Positions 49,315 to 63,141 of a stretch of 64,000 bases of DNA are shown one piece after another (within the stretch, counting starts at the first letter, position 1; each line of letters opens with the position of its first letter). Source of the DNA: Squalus acanthias (taxonomy: Eukaryota); assembly GCA_030390025.1 (NCBI GenBank), contig CM059433.1:25236001-25300000 (forward strand), written 5' to 3'. The position numbers and the translations under genes are program-made. The notes beneath the pieces are model-generated. The model ran no database searches. It had not been told where the DNA came from and saw only the letters and a list, made by a program, of their open reading frames with translations.

Positions 49315-51925
49315 ATTGTTTCAGCTTTTCTAAAGGCTGAAAATATTTTAAATGTATTTTTCAGCCTTTCCAAAGGAAGTGTGGCGGGAACGAATAGGCA
49401 GGCAAAATGCTAAGGGAAGACAAACCCAATGTGGAAGCACTAAAGGGAGTCTGTGAGCGAGTGACTGAAGGGCACAGTGTCTGACCCTCCCAGTTTGATG
49501 CCTGCAAGGTGGAAGTGCTGCTACAGGAGGTGAGTGAAAGGAGGGTCGTTCTATTTCTCATTCCAGGGCCTGTCCTACATGACAATAATGCAGTATGTCT
49601 GTTAGGAGATGATGATCAGGCTCCATGCTAAGTATTATATCTACAGAAATGACAACAGATGTGGTAGAAGAGGACATATCTTATGAAAGCTGCCACAGTA
49701 AGATTACACAACGGTATTATGTGCCGGATAATTGACCCCAGATTGCATGCCACAAAGAGCTGCCTATCAACTTGTTCCACATTTAATACTCATCCTGCCT
49801 CACATAACCGTACAGTACTTTCAGAATATCTCAAGCATAGCCCTACTTCAGCAGGACACACATTCTAGCTGCAACTTATAGTTGAAAGCTGTGGCACGCT
49901 GACATCTTCCAAATGCTTTGCATAACAAATCAGCATAACCTGACCTAGCTGCATGATGCATCATCATATACTAATTCACAGAATGGGCGACAAGTTGTGC
50001 ACTCATCTTTGTGCCTGTACAACATTTCAGGAATACTTCTTTTCTTGCATAACAAGATAGGGTAGATTTTACAAATGGCTCCTTGCCTATAAGGTGTTGC
50101 AGTTGTGAGAGGTCATTTTAATTGTGTCCTTTAGCCCTGGATAGATATGCTGCGAGTCAATCAAGAGGCTCTCTCTCGGACAGTAGCAACTCTTTCATAT
50201 GGATGTATGGATTTAAGCTTGATTGAGCTCTCAGCTTTCATCCCCTGCTCCAATCCTTGGGGCCGACCCATGGACTGATTTGCAGTCCAAATTTGCAAAG
50301 TAGGTCTTACATTATTATTGGCTCATGCTCCATTGGTACTACTTGTTCCCTTGGTGACCAGTAGTTCCTCATTTATATTTGTGATTGTTTATCTCAGATT
50401 CTGGATCCCAACATTTCCCTGACTATTGTGAGCGAGCACTAGGCTGGTGCTCCTTGGTAATATTGTTGCTTATGATTCCTAAAAAGGAAGAATGCTTTAG
50501 TTTTCCAGAAGCAATTAAAAAAAATTCAGCTTTTGGAATCTGTGCATTAGAGTAAATCAACTCGCAGAAGTACCAGGCCTTGCACAGTGCTAGAAGAGAG
50601 CTTGAATCTTTTCTGGCCTCTAACACAAAAATTGTGTTTAATTTGATACTCTAACTCTCATTACTATGCGCATGTAGATAAACCAGATTGTCTCCATATG
50701 CACAACTGACGCAAACAGCAGAATCCCAAATGTTAGTGCAGAGTGATACATTTTCTTCACTCAGTTCCTTTCTTTATTTCCCAGTGTTATTCATTATCTC
50801 CAGTCTGCACTAGTACTTCTACCATTTATTCTTGCTGTGACACAGTGACCTCTTGAATTTCTCCAGGCTACAGTTCTTGGCCCTGACCGGAAGAACCCCT
50901 GTGGATTTTCAGGGCCCTATTACTTATGTGGTTCTAGTCACCTATTAACTACTTATTATTGGTCCCGCTGGGTGGGCCTATAAAGGTTAAATCTGCGATA
51001 CCATGCACCATAGCCTTTAGGACTCCAGATACATTTCTGATACTGTTATGACAGTTTTCCTTGTCATTATTGTAGATGTTTTTCCAGGCAGCATGCAGAT
51101 ATATTAGAACTGCAAAGGTGAAAAATAAGTTCTTAAAAAAGAAACATTAATTTTTATCTGTTTATATCTCTGTATTTATCCCTGAAGAAGTTAAAGATCA
51201 CCCGGAATTAGTGACTGAGGGCCTCAAAATGTAAGGAATAAATGAGTGCGGTTCTCTTAGGTGTGTGTGAGTTCCTGACACACAATGGATAATCCAAGGC
51301 TTGGTAGCCTTGTGCCTATCCTTTAACTGCTGGGATGACTCACATCCGGCAGAGACCTGCACAGGAGTATCTTGAAATCTGCACTGACACACCAATACGC
51401 CCCAAGCAGAGGTGTCATTTACAGAATATAGCAAGGTGGCACCCATCACCTACAGCACTCAGCTACAAAGCAAAGCAATTATATGGATGGAAAAATACAT
51501 TTTCATAGTCTCCAGTTCCTCCATAGATATACAGGTTGTGGCCTCTTTTTAAAAAAAAATAACGTTTATGGTTGTTCGTCCTATAGATATCTTGTTGAAT
51601 GCGATGATTCTGAATGTCAGGCTGATTCTGAAGCCTAATTCCTTCTATAAATGTCTGTGTTGCAATGTGCTAACTTGTTGCTGGTGAAAGCTCCCAGTCA
51701 TAAAGCTTCTGGAATTTCCTGAGCAAAGTGTAGACCACCAGAGCAGCAGCCCTCCCCTGTCTCTCGCTGCAACCTGCTGGAAGAGAAAGGCTCGTTTAGA
51801 AAGTGGGCTTTTGTGCTGTCGTAAAAATCCTTGAGAGCGAAGGAAGGTTGTAATATGAGAGGCATCTTTCGCTGTCATTCCATAAACCAGCCTTGCTACG
51901 AGTTGGCACCAGTACAACTTTATTC

Positions 51926-52039
51926 TGACTCTCGCTTCTGAGTCAGAAGGTTGTGGGTTCGAGTCCAGAGACTTGAGGACATAATCTAGGCTGACACTTC
52001 AGTGCAGTGCTGAACAAGTGCTGCACTGTCGGAGGTGCC
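51926..52039 (+). mobile_element. tRNA-derived SINE 5' fragment (DeuSINE/SacSINE1-like)
   Basis: CTGAGTCAGAAGGTTGTGGGTTCGAGTCC B box followed by GGCTGACACTTCAGTGCAG...GCACTGTCGGAGGTGCC; family name recalled from memory. Confidence 0.55.
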
Positions 52040-53254
52040 TGATTTTGGTCTTGTTATTGTCCCGTTTTTCGGCAGGGAGTGGGGTAGTAGTGAGACCAAA
52101 ATCACAGTGCACCATTTACTGTCCCGCTCCCACCAAGGTCTGGTCCGTCGTGGTTTTGGACTGGGCCAGCTTGAAACAGGGGCGAGGCATCACAAATTTA
52201 TACAAATCAGGTTCCTATGATGACATACATAGACCCTGAGGCAATCTTAAAGCTGGAACGCACGGCATGTGCTGTGCAACCCCCACACAATAGAACTCAA
52301 TGTCAAGTGTCCAAACCTGCTCTAAAACGCTCCAGTTATTTCTTTTAATAATTCTCCTCCTGGTCCCACTAAAATCATCCTGCTTATTGTTGAGCCCTCT
52401 GTGTCTCCCTTTAGTTAAGTACTGTCAGCTCGGTTACATGGATAAGCTGACAGATTTTCCTCCCCCTCACGATCGACAAGCTGCTGTCAGAGCTCCAAAT
52501 TTGAAGGTAGCTCGCCGAGAATATTTTAATGAGGTTTGACCATGAAAATAGTTTGTGCCTCTGGTAACGTTGATTGGGCGGGTGCCGGGCTTGCTCTACT
52601 TACCGCCTGCCCGATGAAACTGACACCAACATCTGTTTAAACGGGGAGAGCACAATCTTTTTTTTTGGACATCTTTGTGCTTTTGTGAAGCAAAATTGTG
52701 ATTTTCTCCATTTCCATTAATCACAGCAGCCTTCGGTCACTTTGGCCCAGGAATGTGTCAGTAGTCAGCTGAAAGGACAAATTATAATTGTGCTTTTAAT
52801 TTTTGGTTGAACTCCACTTGCAGTTTCAAAACACCTTCGAATAACCAGTTATACAATTTCTGTAGAGGCAGTCCTTTTGATCAAACTAAACACCCAATGT
52901 CCTTCAATTAAACTGAGTGTGTATTTCATTTTATCTAATTATTTTTGAAATTGCCAGAGATTTAATCACAGCCTTAAAAGCTGCATTACCAACAGCAGCT
53001 CTACAAACCAGCTGCATTGCGGGCCACCTTGCTGTTCTATTAAGATCCTGTCTGCCTTGTTCTTTGCATCTTGCCTCGGTCACGAAGGGGGAAAAGACAC
53101 TTCTTCTTTCGGCTACAAAACTGTTCAGTCCTAATGGATTCTCCGTGTTGTGTTTCTGCATTCCTTACTCCATGTATTCTTTGTCACTTTACTTCAATTA
53201 AACATGCGAATCAGCTGAGTGTAGTTAATTAGACGAGGCTGCCATTGATATTAT

Positions 53255-54783
53255 CAGGCAACGGAACCCTGTGTGAGAACCTCTCTGGATACGTCGAGGG
53301 CATCCTGAAACCCATCGTACAGGGAACCCCCAGCTTCTGCCGCGACACCACAGACTTCTTACAGAAACTCAGCACCCACGGACCAGTTGAACCAGGAACA
53401 CTCCTCGCCACGATGGACGTATCGGCACTCTACACCAGTATCCCCCACGATGACGGCATCGCTGCGACAGCCTCAGTACTCAACACCAACAACAGCCAAT
53501 CTCCAGACGCCATCCTACAACTCATCCGCTTCATCCTTGACCACAATGTCTTCACCTTCGACAACCATTTTTTTACCCAAACACACGGAACAGCCATGGG
53601 GACCAAATTCGCACCCCAATACGCCAACATCTTCATGCACAAGTTCGAGCAAGACTTCTTCGCTGCACAGGACCTCCAGCCAACGCTGTACACCAGATAC
53701 ATCGACGACATTTTCTTCCTTTGGACCCATGGCGAAGGATCACTGAAAAGACTACACGATAACATCAACAAGTTCCATCCCACCATCAAACTCACCATGG
53801 ACTACTCCTCAGAATCGGTTTCATTCCTGGACGCACGAATCTCCATCAAAGACGGACACCTCAGCACTTCACTCTACCGCAAGCCCACGGACAACCTCAC
53901 GATGCTCCACTTCTCCAGCTTCCACCCTAACCACGTTAAAGAAGCCATCCCCTATGGACAAGCCCTGCGAATACACAGGATCTGCTCAGACGAGGAGGAA
54001 CGCGATGGACACCTACGGATGCTGAAAAACGCCCTCGTAAGAATGGGATATGACGCTCGACTCATCGATCGACAGTTCCGACGGGCCACAGCGAAAAATC
54101 GCATAGACCTCCTCAGAAGGCAAACACGGGACACAACCAACAGGGTACCCTACGTCGTCCAGTACTTCCCCGGAGCGGAGAAACTACGCCATGTTCTTCG
54201 CAGCCTTCAACATGTCATCGATGACGACGAACACCTCGCTAAGGCCATCCCCACGCCTCCACTACTTGCCTTCAAACAACCGCCTAACCTCAGAAGTACC
54301 ATCGTTCGCAGCAAATTACCCAGCTTTCAGGATAACAGCGACCACGACACCACACAACCCTGCCACGGCAACCTCTGCAAGACATGCCAGATCATCAACA
54401 CAGATACCATCATCACACGTGAGGACACTACCCACCAAGTACATGGTACATACTCATGTGACTCGGCCAACGTTGTCTACCTCATACGTTGCAGGAAAGA
54501 ATGCACAGCGGCATGGTACATCGGCGAGACCATGCAGACACTGAGACAACGTATGAATGGACACCGCGCAACAATCGCCAGGCAGGATTGTTACCTCCCA
54601 GTCGGGGAACACTTCAGCAGTCAAGGACATTCAGCCTCGGATCTGCGGGTAAGCGTTCTCCAAGGCGGCCTTCGAGACACACGACAACGCAAAATCATCG
54701 AGCAGAAACTGATAGCCAAGTTCAGCACTCATGAGGACGGCCTCAACCGGGATCTTGGGTTTATGTCACGATACATGACGTAG
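53255..54783 (+). CDS. Penelope RT + GIY-YIG endonuclease, open but N-terminally truncated
   Basis: 512-aa ORF with GTAMG, RYIDD, VVY...YIGET; near-identical to the ORF ending at 12862. Confidence 0.85.
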
Positions 54784-55097
54784 AGTCATCCAGACTCAAG
54801 TCGTCGTTGGCTTGTTCACAGATGTGATTCCCAGTAAAAAAGTAAAAATTTTAAAGTATATCGTTTTCCATACCGACTGCAGCTTTTGACACATTAGACC
54901 CCCTGTAACCCCACCTCATTGTCTCAGTTGTATCTTGCTATGTCTTTGATGTGGTGCCTTCCTGGCTGACCTGATTGCCTTTTGTCACACCTCGGCAGAT
55001 AAACAGTCAGGAGGATTAAATGTAGTCGTCTGCCATTGTAAGTTACACATGCATTGTTCTCTAGCTATATATGCTTTGTCGATTTTGTATTCCTTCA

Positions 55098-55140
55098 CTT
55101 CAGCTGACGAAGGAGCAGCCGCTCCGAAAGCTTGTGATTT
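55098..55140 (+). ncRNA. Putative minimal hammerhead core (Penelope copy 2)
   Basis: CTGACGA-A-GGAGC-agcc-GCTCC-GAAA-GCTT; stem I pairing is poor. Confidence 0.45.
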
Positions 55141-55866
55141 CAAATAAAACTGTTGGACTATAACCTGGTGTTGTGCGACTTCTCACTATTGATATTATTG
55201 GTAGAGAGAAGGCACGCTGCACTGCAGGTAGCCAAGGCTGGAGACAACACACAACAGGCTGTTTGGGCATCTTCCCTTCTGCTTAACTGTCTCACTCCCA
55301 CAGTCACGCACTGAGCACCCTTGTCACTACGTGCTAGCTCTTGTCCCTCCCTTTTTTTTCGGTCCTTCCGGTAACTCGGGTGTTGCAGTCACACAGACTG
55401 AGGAGTAGAACCCTCCAGAAGTTCTACAGCAACCACAAGCACTTTGAAATTGTTTCAGTAGGAAAAAAACTATCTAATTCAAGCAAAATATTTCCCCAAA
55501 CTTTCTAGAGGTTTACCCGACAGCAGCTGAGGATCTCTTTAAATCTGGTCGGAAATGGCCGCCTCCTGACTTGTACCAGCCATGGTTTGTGGGCGGGAGC
55601 AGGAAGTGGCAGTAGCACCGTAGGGAGAGACAAAAATGGCATTGGGGCTTGGAATGACATCATGCGACCCCCCATTAGTTATATTGATGAGGTTCACGTC
55701 TGTCTCTGGTGAGAGCTCTGGCCCAGATCGAAGTCCGCCTGAAAATAGGAACAGGCAAGAATGCAATGATAAGTTGTTGCTTCCATTCCGTGCGCTACTT
55801 TGGTCCCATTACTGCTCAGTTATTAAGTGCAAATGGCTCGATGGGGGACACAAAATGTTTCCACAT

Positions 55867-56134
55867 TGTTACCAGAGCAGTCCTGCTTGTACACTAGGTC
55901 CAAACTTAGGACCTTTGTCCCAACCTCCCCTTCTTACTCAGATAATGATACAATCTTTCCACAATTTCCCTTCTTTAAGTTAACTTTGCTGTTTCTGTTT
56001 ACCCACTCAGATACACACAAATGCATTTAAATGAGACACTCAACTGCCCCAGCCACTCAGAACATACTACAAAATGAAAAGCAATGCAAAATTTCACATG
56101 CAAAGGTTCAATTGTTACATCTCACCCCCTCTTT
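55867..56134 (-). mobile_element. Possible 3' LTR plus PPT of another LTR element
   Basis: Minus strand AAAGAGGGGGTGAGA followed by TGTAAC...GTAACA (about 253 bp); no partner LTR in the window. Confidence 0.35.
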
Positions 56135-57019
56135 AACATGCAATAAAATCTGATCTGATCAGTCTTCTTTCAGGTTAATAACACACCCAAAACGTTTTCT
56201 CTTAACATTATCAGGTGGATTTACATTGTATCTTGCCCATTAATTTTATAACAACTGCGCTCTGGTTTGTTGCTCAGAACTTTCACATTAAAGGTTATAG
56301 CTTAAAAATTTGTCGGACTCTTTTGAAGTGACGGAATTGCGGTGGGGGAGGACTTCCGCCACCACCATGGCCTGCCATCGACTCTGTGCCAAATCCAGGG
56401 ACTGGGGTCTTTTAAATATTAGGGGTGGATCTGGGGTCTGCCCCAAATTGCAAATCCTGCCAGGATTGCACACCCAGTTTCAGCACCGCCCCCCCCATAC
56501 CCCAAACAAAATTTCTATCCTTATATCAGCAATATCAGAGGTTGCCAATGACAAAGATTCCATTTCTCAGTCAGATTCAGAGTCACTCTGAGCTCCATTG
56601 CTGCAGACTTCTGCCTCATCTGACTGAACCTTATTGCTCTAGTCTGTATTGGAGTTTGTTTAATGTGTCATCTCTGGAAGTTCCAAAGTGGCTGCTTGCC
56701 TGGCCGGGTCACATTGCCCCACCTTCTTCAGCTCAAGTCTACTGTCTTCACATTGAACTGTGTGATTCACAGCTATTTGGTATAAAGGGATACCCATTGA
56801 CTGCTAGTTCACCCTTTTCTACATTCCTTTCTATTAGCAAGAAGTACTTAATCACTTCTATTGAGACACCTTTTAACTTCTGGTCATTATGCTCTGGTAT
56901 TGATGCTCTTTTGATGCTATTTAGTAGCATTCTTCCATCTGCTGGTAACTACTGGGAGAGACCTGTGCAGATGTTTGTATTCAGGCACTTGCAAAGCTCT
57001 GTTCTGGACGGGACAGTTA

Positions 57020-57912
57020 GGGGTAGAAATTAGGTCGCGCCCCATTTGGGGCGCAAATATCGTCTGGACGCAAATATTAGCGCCTGGCGCTAATTATCGG
57101 CACTGACTGGAAACTTCACTTTTACCGCCCCGGGAGGTGAGTGGAGCGCTAAAGCAGGCGCTGCACACCTGTCTTAAGGCGCAAAGGCCAAGGAGTGAGG
57201 CGCTAACTCAGAGCGCTGGCGAAGCTCATGTAATGTCAGTCAGCAATGGAACACACACACAATGGAACAGGCCAGTTCTTAAAGGGGATGGTTAATCTTG
57301 CTTTCCATCCACATCCTGTTCATTGCAGCCTTGAATCTCGGCCTGGAGAGACTTGCACATCAAATGTGCTGGAAAGAACAATGGAGAGTACCAGGCAAAG
57401 AACTCAGAGTGCAGCTCCCACAGTCTCTGCTAAATCGATACAAGGAATGGCAGATCAAAATGAACCTGTAAAGTGCTGCTCAGTACCCAAAACTCCTTCA
57501 CACAACGTTGAATCTCTCCAGAAGTCTCTCCCTCTCTCTCTCAGAATGCGCAGTTCAAAAATGCTACCAACAATAAAAGACAGGAAGAGGCCCCCTTTAA
57601 ATAGCGCCACCCCCAGCCCCACAGCGATTGATAGCGTTCCAGTCTTCTGGTCGTTGGATGCGCCAGGCGGTAAGGCAGGGGGCGCCACTCAATTTCCGCT
57701 CCGGGGCGCCACAAGGGCGTTGCACCATGGAATGACGTCACAATCTGCGCGCGCAGGTGGTCGCAGCGGTAAGTTTTAGCGCCGCCGCACAATCTCAAGT
57801 TAAGTTCTCGAGCGGCGCAAACATCGCTGCGCCCGGGCGTTAGCGGCTTTGCGCTCCATTAGCGCCCTCTTAAGGCGCTAACGGGAGGCGCAACCAACTG
57901 AATTTTTACCCC
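57020..57912. mobile_element. Harbinger-type MITE
   Basis: TIR GGGGTAGAAATT...AATTTTTACCCC; TTA TSD on both sides; many GCGC subterminal motifs. Confidence 0.8.
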
Positions 57913-58531
57913 TTAAAGTTTTAGCCAAGCAGGCTCTGCCTGGGTGGAGGTTGGTAGCTGCAGGGTAAATGTGCCATTGGACAGATTCACAGAGTTCTTC
58001 ACATAGATTTCTGATGTATGCACCACGATCTACAAGCTTCCATCCTGAAAGACGTGTCCAAACATAAAATCTACAGGGAATTATTCGACTCACCTGAACA
58101 TAAGAACTGAAGAAAACATAAGATAAATGGTGCAAATCCAGTTCATTCCTGTATGCTACAGTTATAAGCAAAGGGAAGTGTACTTAACATTTGAGGCAAC
58201 AAGGGAGCAGAATTCTGATCAGAACGTCAAGTATCGGGTTAAATCATTCTACTTTCCGATTGTATCTTGGGTTTTCTGAAAAATGGTATGTTGACGCTCT
58301 AGGCAAATTACAACAATGACACTTGTGACTTTATAATTCTCACTGTCAACGTTGGGCGTGGTCACTAGGCAGCTGCACAGTCCCCACTGTGAGCAGATGT
58401 TCCAGTTTCCCTGGTGGTGGCAGAATTATGACATTTACCTTTACTTGTTCTACCTGTTCAGCAATCCTCGGGGAAAACATACTCAGAGAGGTTGGGGTGG
58501 GAGGTGGTGGTGGAGGGGGTCACAGTTAGAA

Positions 58532-59246
58532 GGGGAGAAATTCAGTGGCGCCCCCTTCGGGGCGCTAACGTCGCCGGGGCACTACTTTTAGCATCCCGAA
58601 AAGGTTAGCACCCCTGCGCCGTAAATTCAGTGGTAGTGCCTCAAGCAGGCGGCGAGGCGCTACTGGACGCTCTCCACCTCCTTCCTGGGGTGCTACAACT
58701 GAACATCGCGGCGCTACGTGCAACAGCACCGCGGTGTTGCAGGCCTCCCTCTCCTGGTTAAAGGGGAGGGGTCCAGCGCTGTGCGAACCGGGGCCCTGCT
58801 AGACAACCGGGGAGCGGGGTGCCGTGAAAACAGCCCGGCACTCAAGAGGAGTGCCGGGCTGAGCGATCGCGGCCGGCAGCCCTGAATAGAAAAGGGGGAG
58901 GGGGCAGGTGCTGGCAGTTGGCCTAAAAAAAAGGCCGCCCGACACCTGCCCTTTAACTAGCGCCGCTGCGGCTGCAAAAACGCACCCTGACCCTGTCGGA
59001 CATAGCGTCCGGCGATAGGTCAGGGGGCGCTACGGAAGTTTGTGGCTGGGGCGTGAGCGGGGCGCTGCGCACAGTGATGACGTCATCGCCGGCGGCGCAG
59101 CACCACGGGGCGCTACCAGCCACCGCCGTCGCTAACCTCCTGTTGAATTTTGCGGGAGGCGTTAGCGGCACCGCGCATGGGTGCTAGGGGGTTTGCGCCC
59201 CATTAGCGCTCCCGTTAGGGCACAAAGCAGCCCAATTTTCCCCCCC
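58532..59246. mobile_element. Harbinger-type MITE, GC-rich
   Basis: TIR GGGGAGAAATT...AATTTTCCCC; TAGCGCC/GGCGCTA subterminal repeats. Confidence 0.7.
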
Positions 59247-60489
59247 AAATCTCTGAGGTGTTCTTCTGTCTAAAGCCTTGTCTTGGTCTCAACACCAGAG
59301 TTTCCTGGGTTGACTAGAATACTCCCCAATTAATTTATTCTCTTGGAGTTTCTAACTTAACATCCTTATGTAGTAACCATAGTTGCTAACTGCTTCTGGA
59401 GCACATTAACGGTCAACTTTTCTAGTCTCTGTTTGTGCTGGTTCCCTAAAAACAGTTTTTTTTCGATCCCTGGCTGAACTCGCACAATATTCCACAGGGA
59501 TTCTTTCTTCTGCTCATGTGCTGAAATGTCGTCCATGCACAGAAGAGGCGAGTCCCTATGCATTATGGGGGCAGGTTCAGCCAGAGCCAGAAAGGCTGTT
59601 TTTCTGGCCTATGAGCAGTGTGAATGAGGGCCGACAGGTAAGTTAACATAACTTCAATATGGGGGTTTTTTCCCGCTCCGCCGCCGTAACTTCACTGGAA
59701 ATCCTGTTTACACACTTAAGTGAACTTTCGCCGAAGTTATACCGGTGTAGTGGGAGAAACCGCAAGGAAATCCATCCCTATAATTATCTCCTTCACAGGA
59801 GCTGAAATGCAAAATAACTTAATTGTACAGGATTGCAACTTTGCAGCTCTCGATTTTGTGCCTATTTCTGTTTGCTGCTATGGGAGGGGAAATCTCCAAC
59901 TGAATTGTTTCTCTTCTAAATACCACATGGTAGACAGTGTCAGAAACAACATAATTTAATAAAAATTAAAATCGTGGTTGATTCCCATGCCTGTAACAAT
60001 GCTTAATTCCAATATCCTTCTGTAACAAACCTTTTGTGCAACTAATATCTTTATGAAGGCAAAAAGTCTGCAGTCTGATTATACCAGTGTAAGACACTCC
60101 AGAAAGTGTTTCTCATAGTTTCATTAATATTTATTAATCATTGTCAAACAACACTTCATGGCACTGAATAATAAGTAATTTAATAAATGCCACATCAGTG
60201 TACTGCGAATTAATACAGTTCAATCCAGTGGATTTAAATATTGTCCCTTGACTGGGAATTTACATAATGGGAGTGCATTAGGAGTAGTTTGGTATATTGA
60301 AAGTCTGTTTTTCCATAGTTTATTATGTAGTCTCATCAGGTAAGCTTAAGTACTGAATTCTAATGCATCAAAGCGCTTTCTATTCACAATTTGGCTACCA
60401 TTATAATCTATGATTCTAGGGCTATAACTTTAAGGTCCATTTGCTCATAGATTTATGGCTTGTACAATGATGGGCTGGAACTGAGAGTT

Positions 60490-63141
60490 CCAAGGCGCTT
60501 CACAGGAGTATTATAAGACAAAAATTTGACACTGAGCCACATAAGGAGAAATTAGGGCAGATGACCAAAAGCTTGGTCAAAGAGGTAGGCTTTAAGGAGC
60601 ATCTTAAAGGAGAAAAGAGAGGTAGAGAGGTGGAGAGGTTTAGGGAGGGAATTCCAAAGCTTAGGGCCTTGGCAACTGAAGGCACAGCCACCAATGATTG
60701 AGTGATTATAATCAGGTATGCTCAAGAGGGCAGAATTAGAGGAGCGCAGATATCTCGAGTGATTGTGGGGCTGGAGGAGGTTACAGAGATAGGGATGGGC
60801 AAGGCCATGGAGGGATTTGAAAACAAGGATGAGAATTTTGAAATCGAGACATTGCTTAAGCGAGAGCCAATGTAGGTCAGCGAGCACAGGGGTAATAGGT
60901 GAACGGGATTTGGTCCGAGTTAGGACACGGGCAGCTGAGTTTTGGATGACCTTAAGTTTACGTAGGGTAGAACGTGGGAGGCCAGCCAGGAGTGCGTTGG
61001 AATAGTCAAGTCTAGAGGTAACAAAGGCATGGATGAGGGTTTCAGCAGCAGATGAGCTGAGCCAGGGGCGGAGATGGGCGATGTTACGGAGGTGGAAATA
61101 GGCGTTCTTAGTATGGCGCGGATATGTGGTCAGAAGCTCATTTCAGGGTCAAATCTGACACCATGGTTATGAACAGTGTGGTTCAGCCTCAGACAGATGC
61201 TAGGGAGAGGGATGGAGTCAGTGGCTAGGGAACGGAGTTTGTGGCAGGGACCGAAAACAATGGCTTCGGTCTTTCCAATATTTAATTGGAGAAGATATCT
61301 GCTCCGCCAGTACTGGATGTCGGACTGTAATGGAATAAGCCATATTCCAAGAAATACATCATCCTATGAACAGATTTCTGATATTAATAATACAAGACAT
61401 ACTGAGTTTAAAAGTCTGGAAAGCTTCGGCGACACAGGCTGCAAACACAATACAGGCTTCTGAGATAAGGTGAAGTGTTAACAAAAGCTGGAAAACACCA
61501 CAAGCTTTGAAATGGGAGATGGTTGTAAACACAAAAACAATGCCCCTATTGAAGCAAACCATTGGCGCTTCCAGAAGGTCTGGAGTTTGGGAGAAACACA
61601 ATGGAATGACCCAAGTAAAGTGTTATAAGCTAACACGTCAAACAGGTGCACAGAACATTAAAAAAACCAAGTGCCTTTGAAAGAACAACATCAAGTAAAA
61701 GAAATACCTGCTGTAAAATAGTTTTATGTTAAACTTAGAAACAGGAAACACGATTAAATATGCAACCAATTGAGATAGCAAGAAAACAAGTAAACACCCT
61801 AAGAGAAGTGTTTTCAATTTACAAGTTGTAAAATATACCTACAGAGAGGCTTTGAAAATATAATATCAATAGATGACACCAAGCAATTACATTGTGTTTG
61901 TATTGAACTTGGAACACCACGGAGTCACAACGTCTGGCTTACAAGCAGTTAATTGATATTAAGAATTCAATAGAAAGACTTCCTAAGAATAGCATCAATA
62001 GATAAATCTGTTATACCATAAAAATGATAAGTTTTTGAAACACCTAAAGGTAGAGACAGAATTCTAAAAGTTGGCAGCTGAAATGACAGTAAGAATAGAA
62101 AAGAATTCAATAGAGTATCACTAGAGATAATTAGCTTACATCAGCAAGAAACTTCAAAGAAAATACCACTAAAAAAAGGTATAAAAATAGAGCTTTTCAG
62201 ATAGAGAGTCAGAAGTCGCTGGAAGGGTAAACGTTTCTCAACTTCACAGGCACGCTCTGTAAGTTTTCAACTCTGAGTCTCGGGTAATCAAGGTATTTGA
62301 TTTTGGTGGATATTCTGGATTAAGAAATAAGTAGAAGTGTGGAAATGTAACGAAGTTAAGATTTGAGAATAAGGATCGCTGATAAGAAATGTAAGCTATT
62401 TGTATTTTTAACGGTTAAAGTTGCGATTGCCATATCAGCTGTTAACTAAATGTCGGTTCTTTAATAAATCTATATATTTTTAAAATTGTCTCAAAGAGTA
62501 TTTCTGTATCAATCTCGCAAACTCAATTTCTGTACACTCTTTTGTAAGGAGTTGCAGAATTCTGGGGGGTTTTCCGGACCCTCATAATATCCGGAAGGCT
62601 ACAGTCTAGTTAAACTTGTTAAAAGTGCTATCCGGAGGACGGTAACATCTTCAGGCCATTTCTTTCCTTTAGAGAGAGGTAGTCTGACTTTTAGACCCAA
62701 TTAAGCGTCTCTAGGATTCAGCTACCGCTAACTTTAGTTGAAGGTGAACGTCTGGGGAATACGCCTGATCTGGGGTAGCCCGAAAAGGGCTAGGACTTGT
62801 AATTATCCGTTCAGGACAAGCAGTCTGAAAATTTCAAGCCAGTGGAGGGGTCAAGAGAAGTGGAAGTGAGGTAGAGCCGGGTGTCATCAGCGCAAATGTG
62901 GAAACTAAGGCTGTGTTTTCGGATGATGTCGCCAAGGGGCAGCATATAGCTGAGAAATAGGAGGGGGCCAAGGATAGATCCTTGGGCGACATCAGTGGTA
63001 ATGATGCGGGAGCGGGAAGAGAAGCCATTGCTGGTGATTCTCTGGCTACGATTAGATAGATAAGAATGGAACCAGGTGAGAGCAGTCCCACCCAGCTGGA
63101 CGACGGTGGAGAGACGTTGGAGGAGGATGGAGTAGTCAACC
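60490..63141 (-). mobile_element. L2 LINE 3' portion split by a solo LTR
   Basis: LADLHWL...FKILILVFKSLHGLA..YL and QGSILGPLLF...CADDT; sequence joins as GATGTCGGAC|AAGCAGTC when the LTR is removed. Confidence 0.85.
61326..62813 (+). mobile_element. Solo LTR (1488 bp)
   Basis: TGTAATGGA...TCCGTTCA ends; 4-bp TSD GGAC (61322-61325, 62814-62817); TATAAAAA near 62180 and AATAAA near 62463. Confidence 0.75.

Larger units (their letters stand above)
53255..55187 (+). mobile_element. Penelope-like element, 5'-truncated (copy 2)
   Basis: TSD ATTGATATTAT at 53244-53254 and 55188-55198 (last 3 nt overlap the element); highly similar to copy 1. Confidence 0.92.

Noticed and set aside
56425..57033. 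202-aa ORF
   Set aside because: No ATG start, no recognisable domain or splice signals; composition looks like chance open non-coding sequence.
57246..57779. 177-aa ORF as a host gene
   Set aside because: Lies wholly within a TIR/TSD-bounded MITE and has no recognisable motif.
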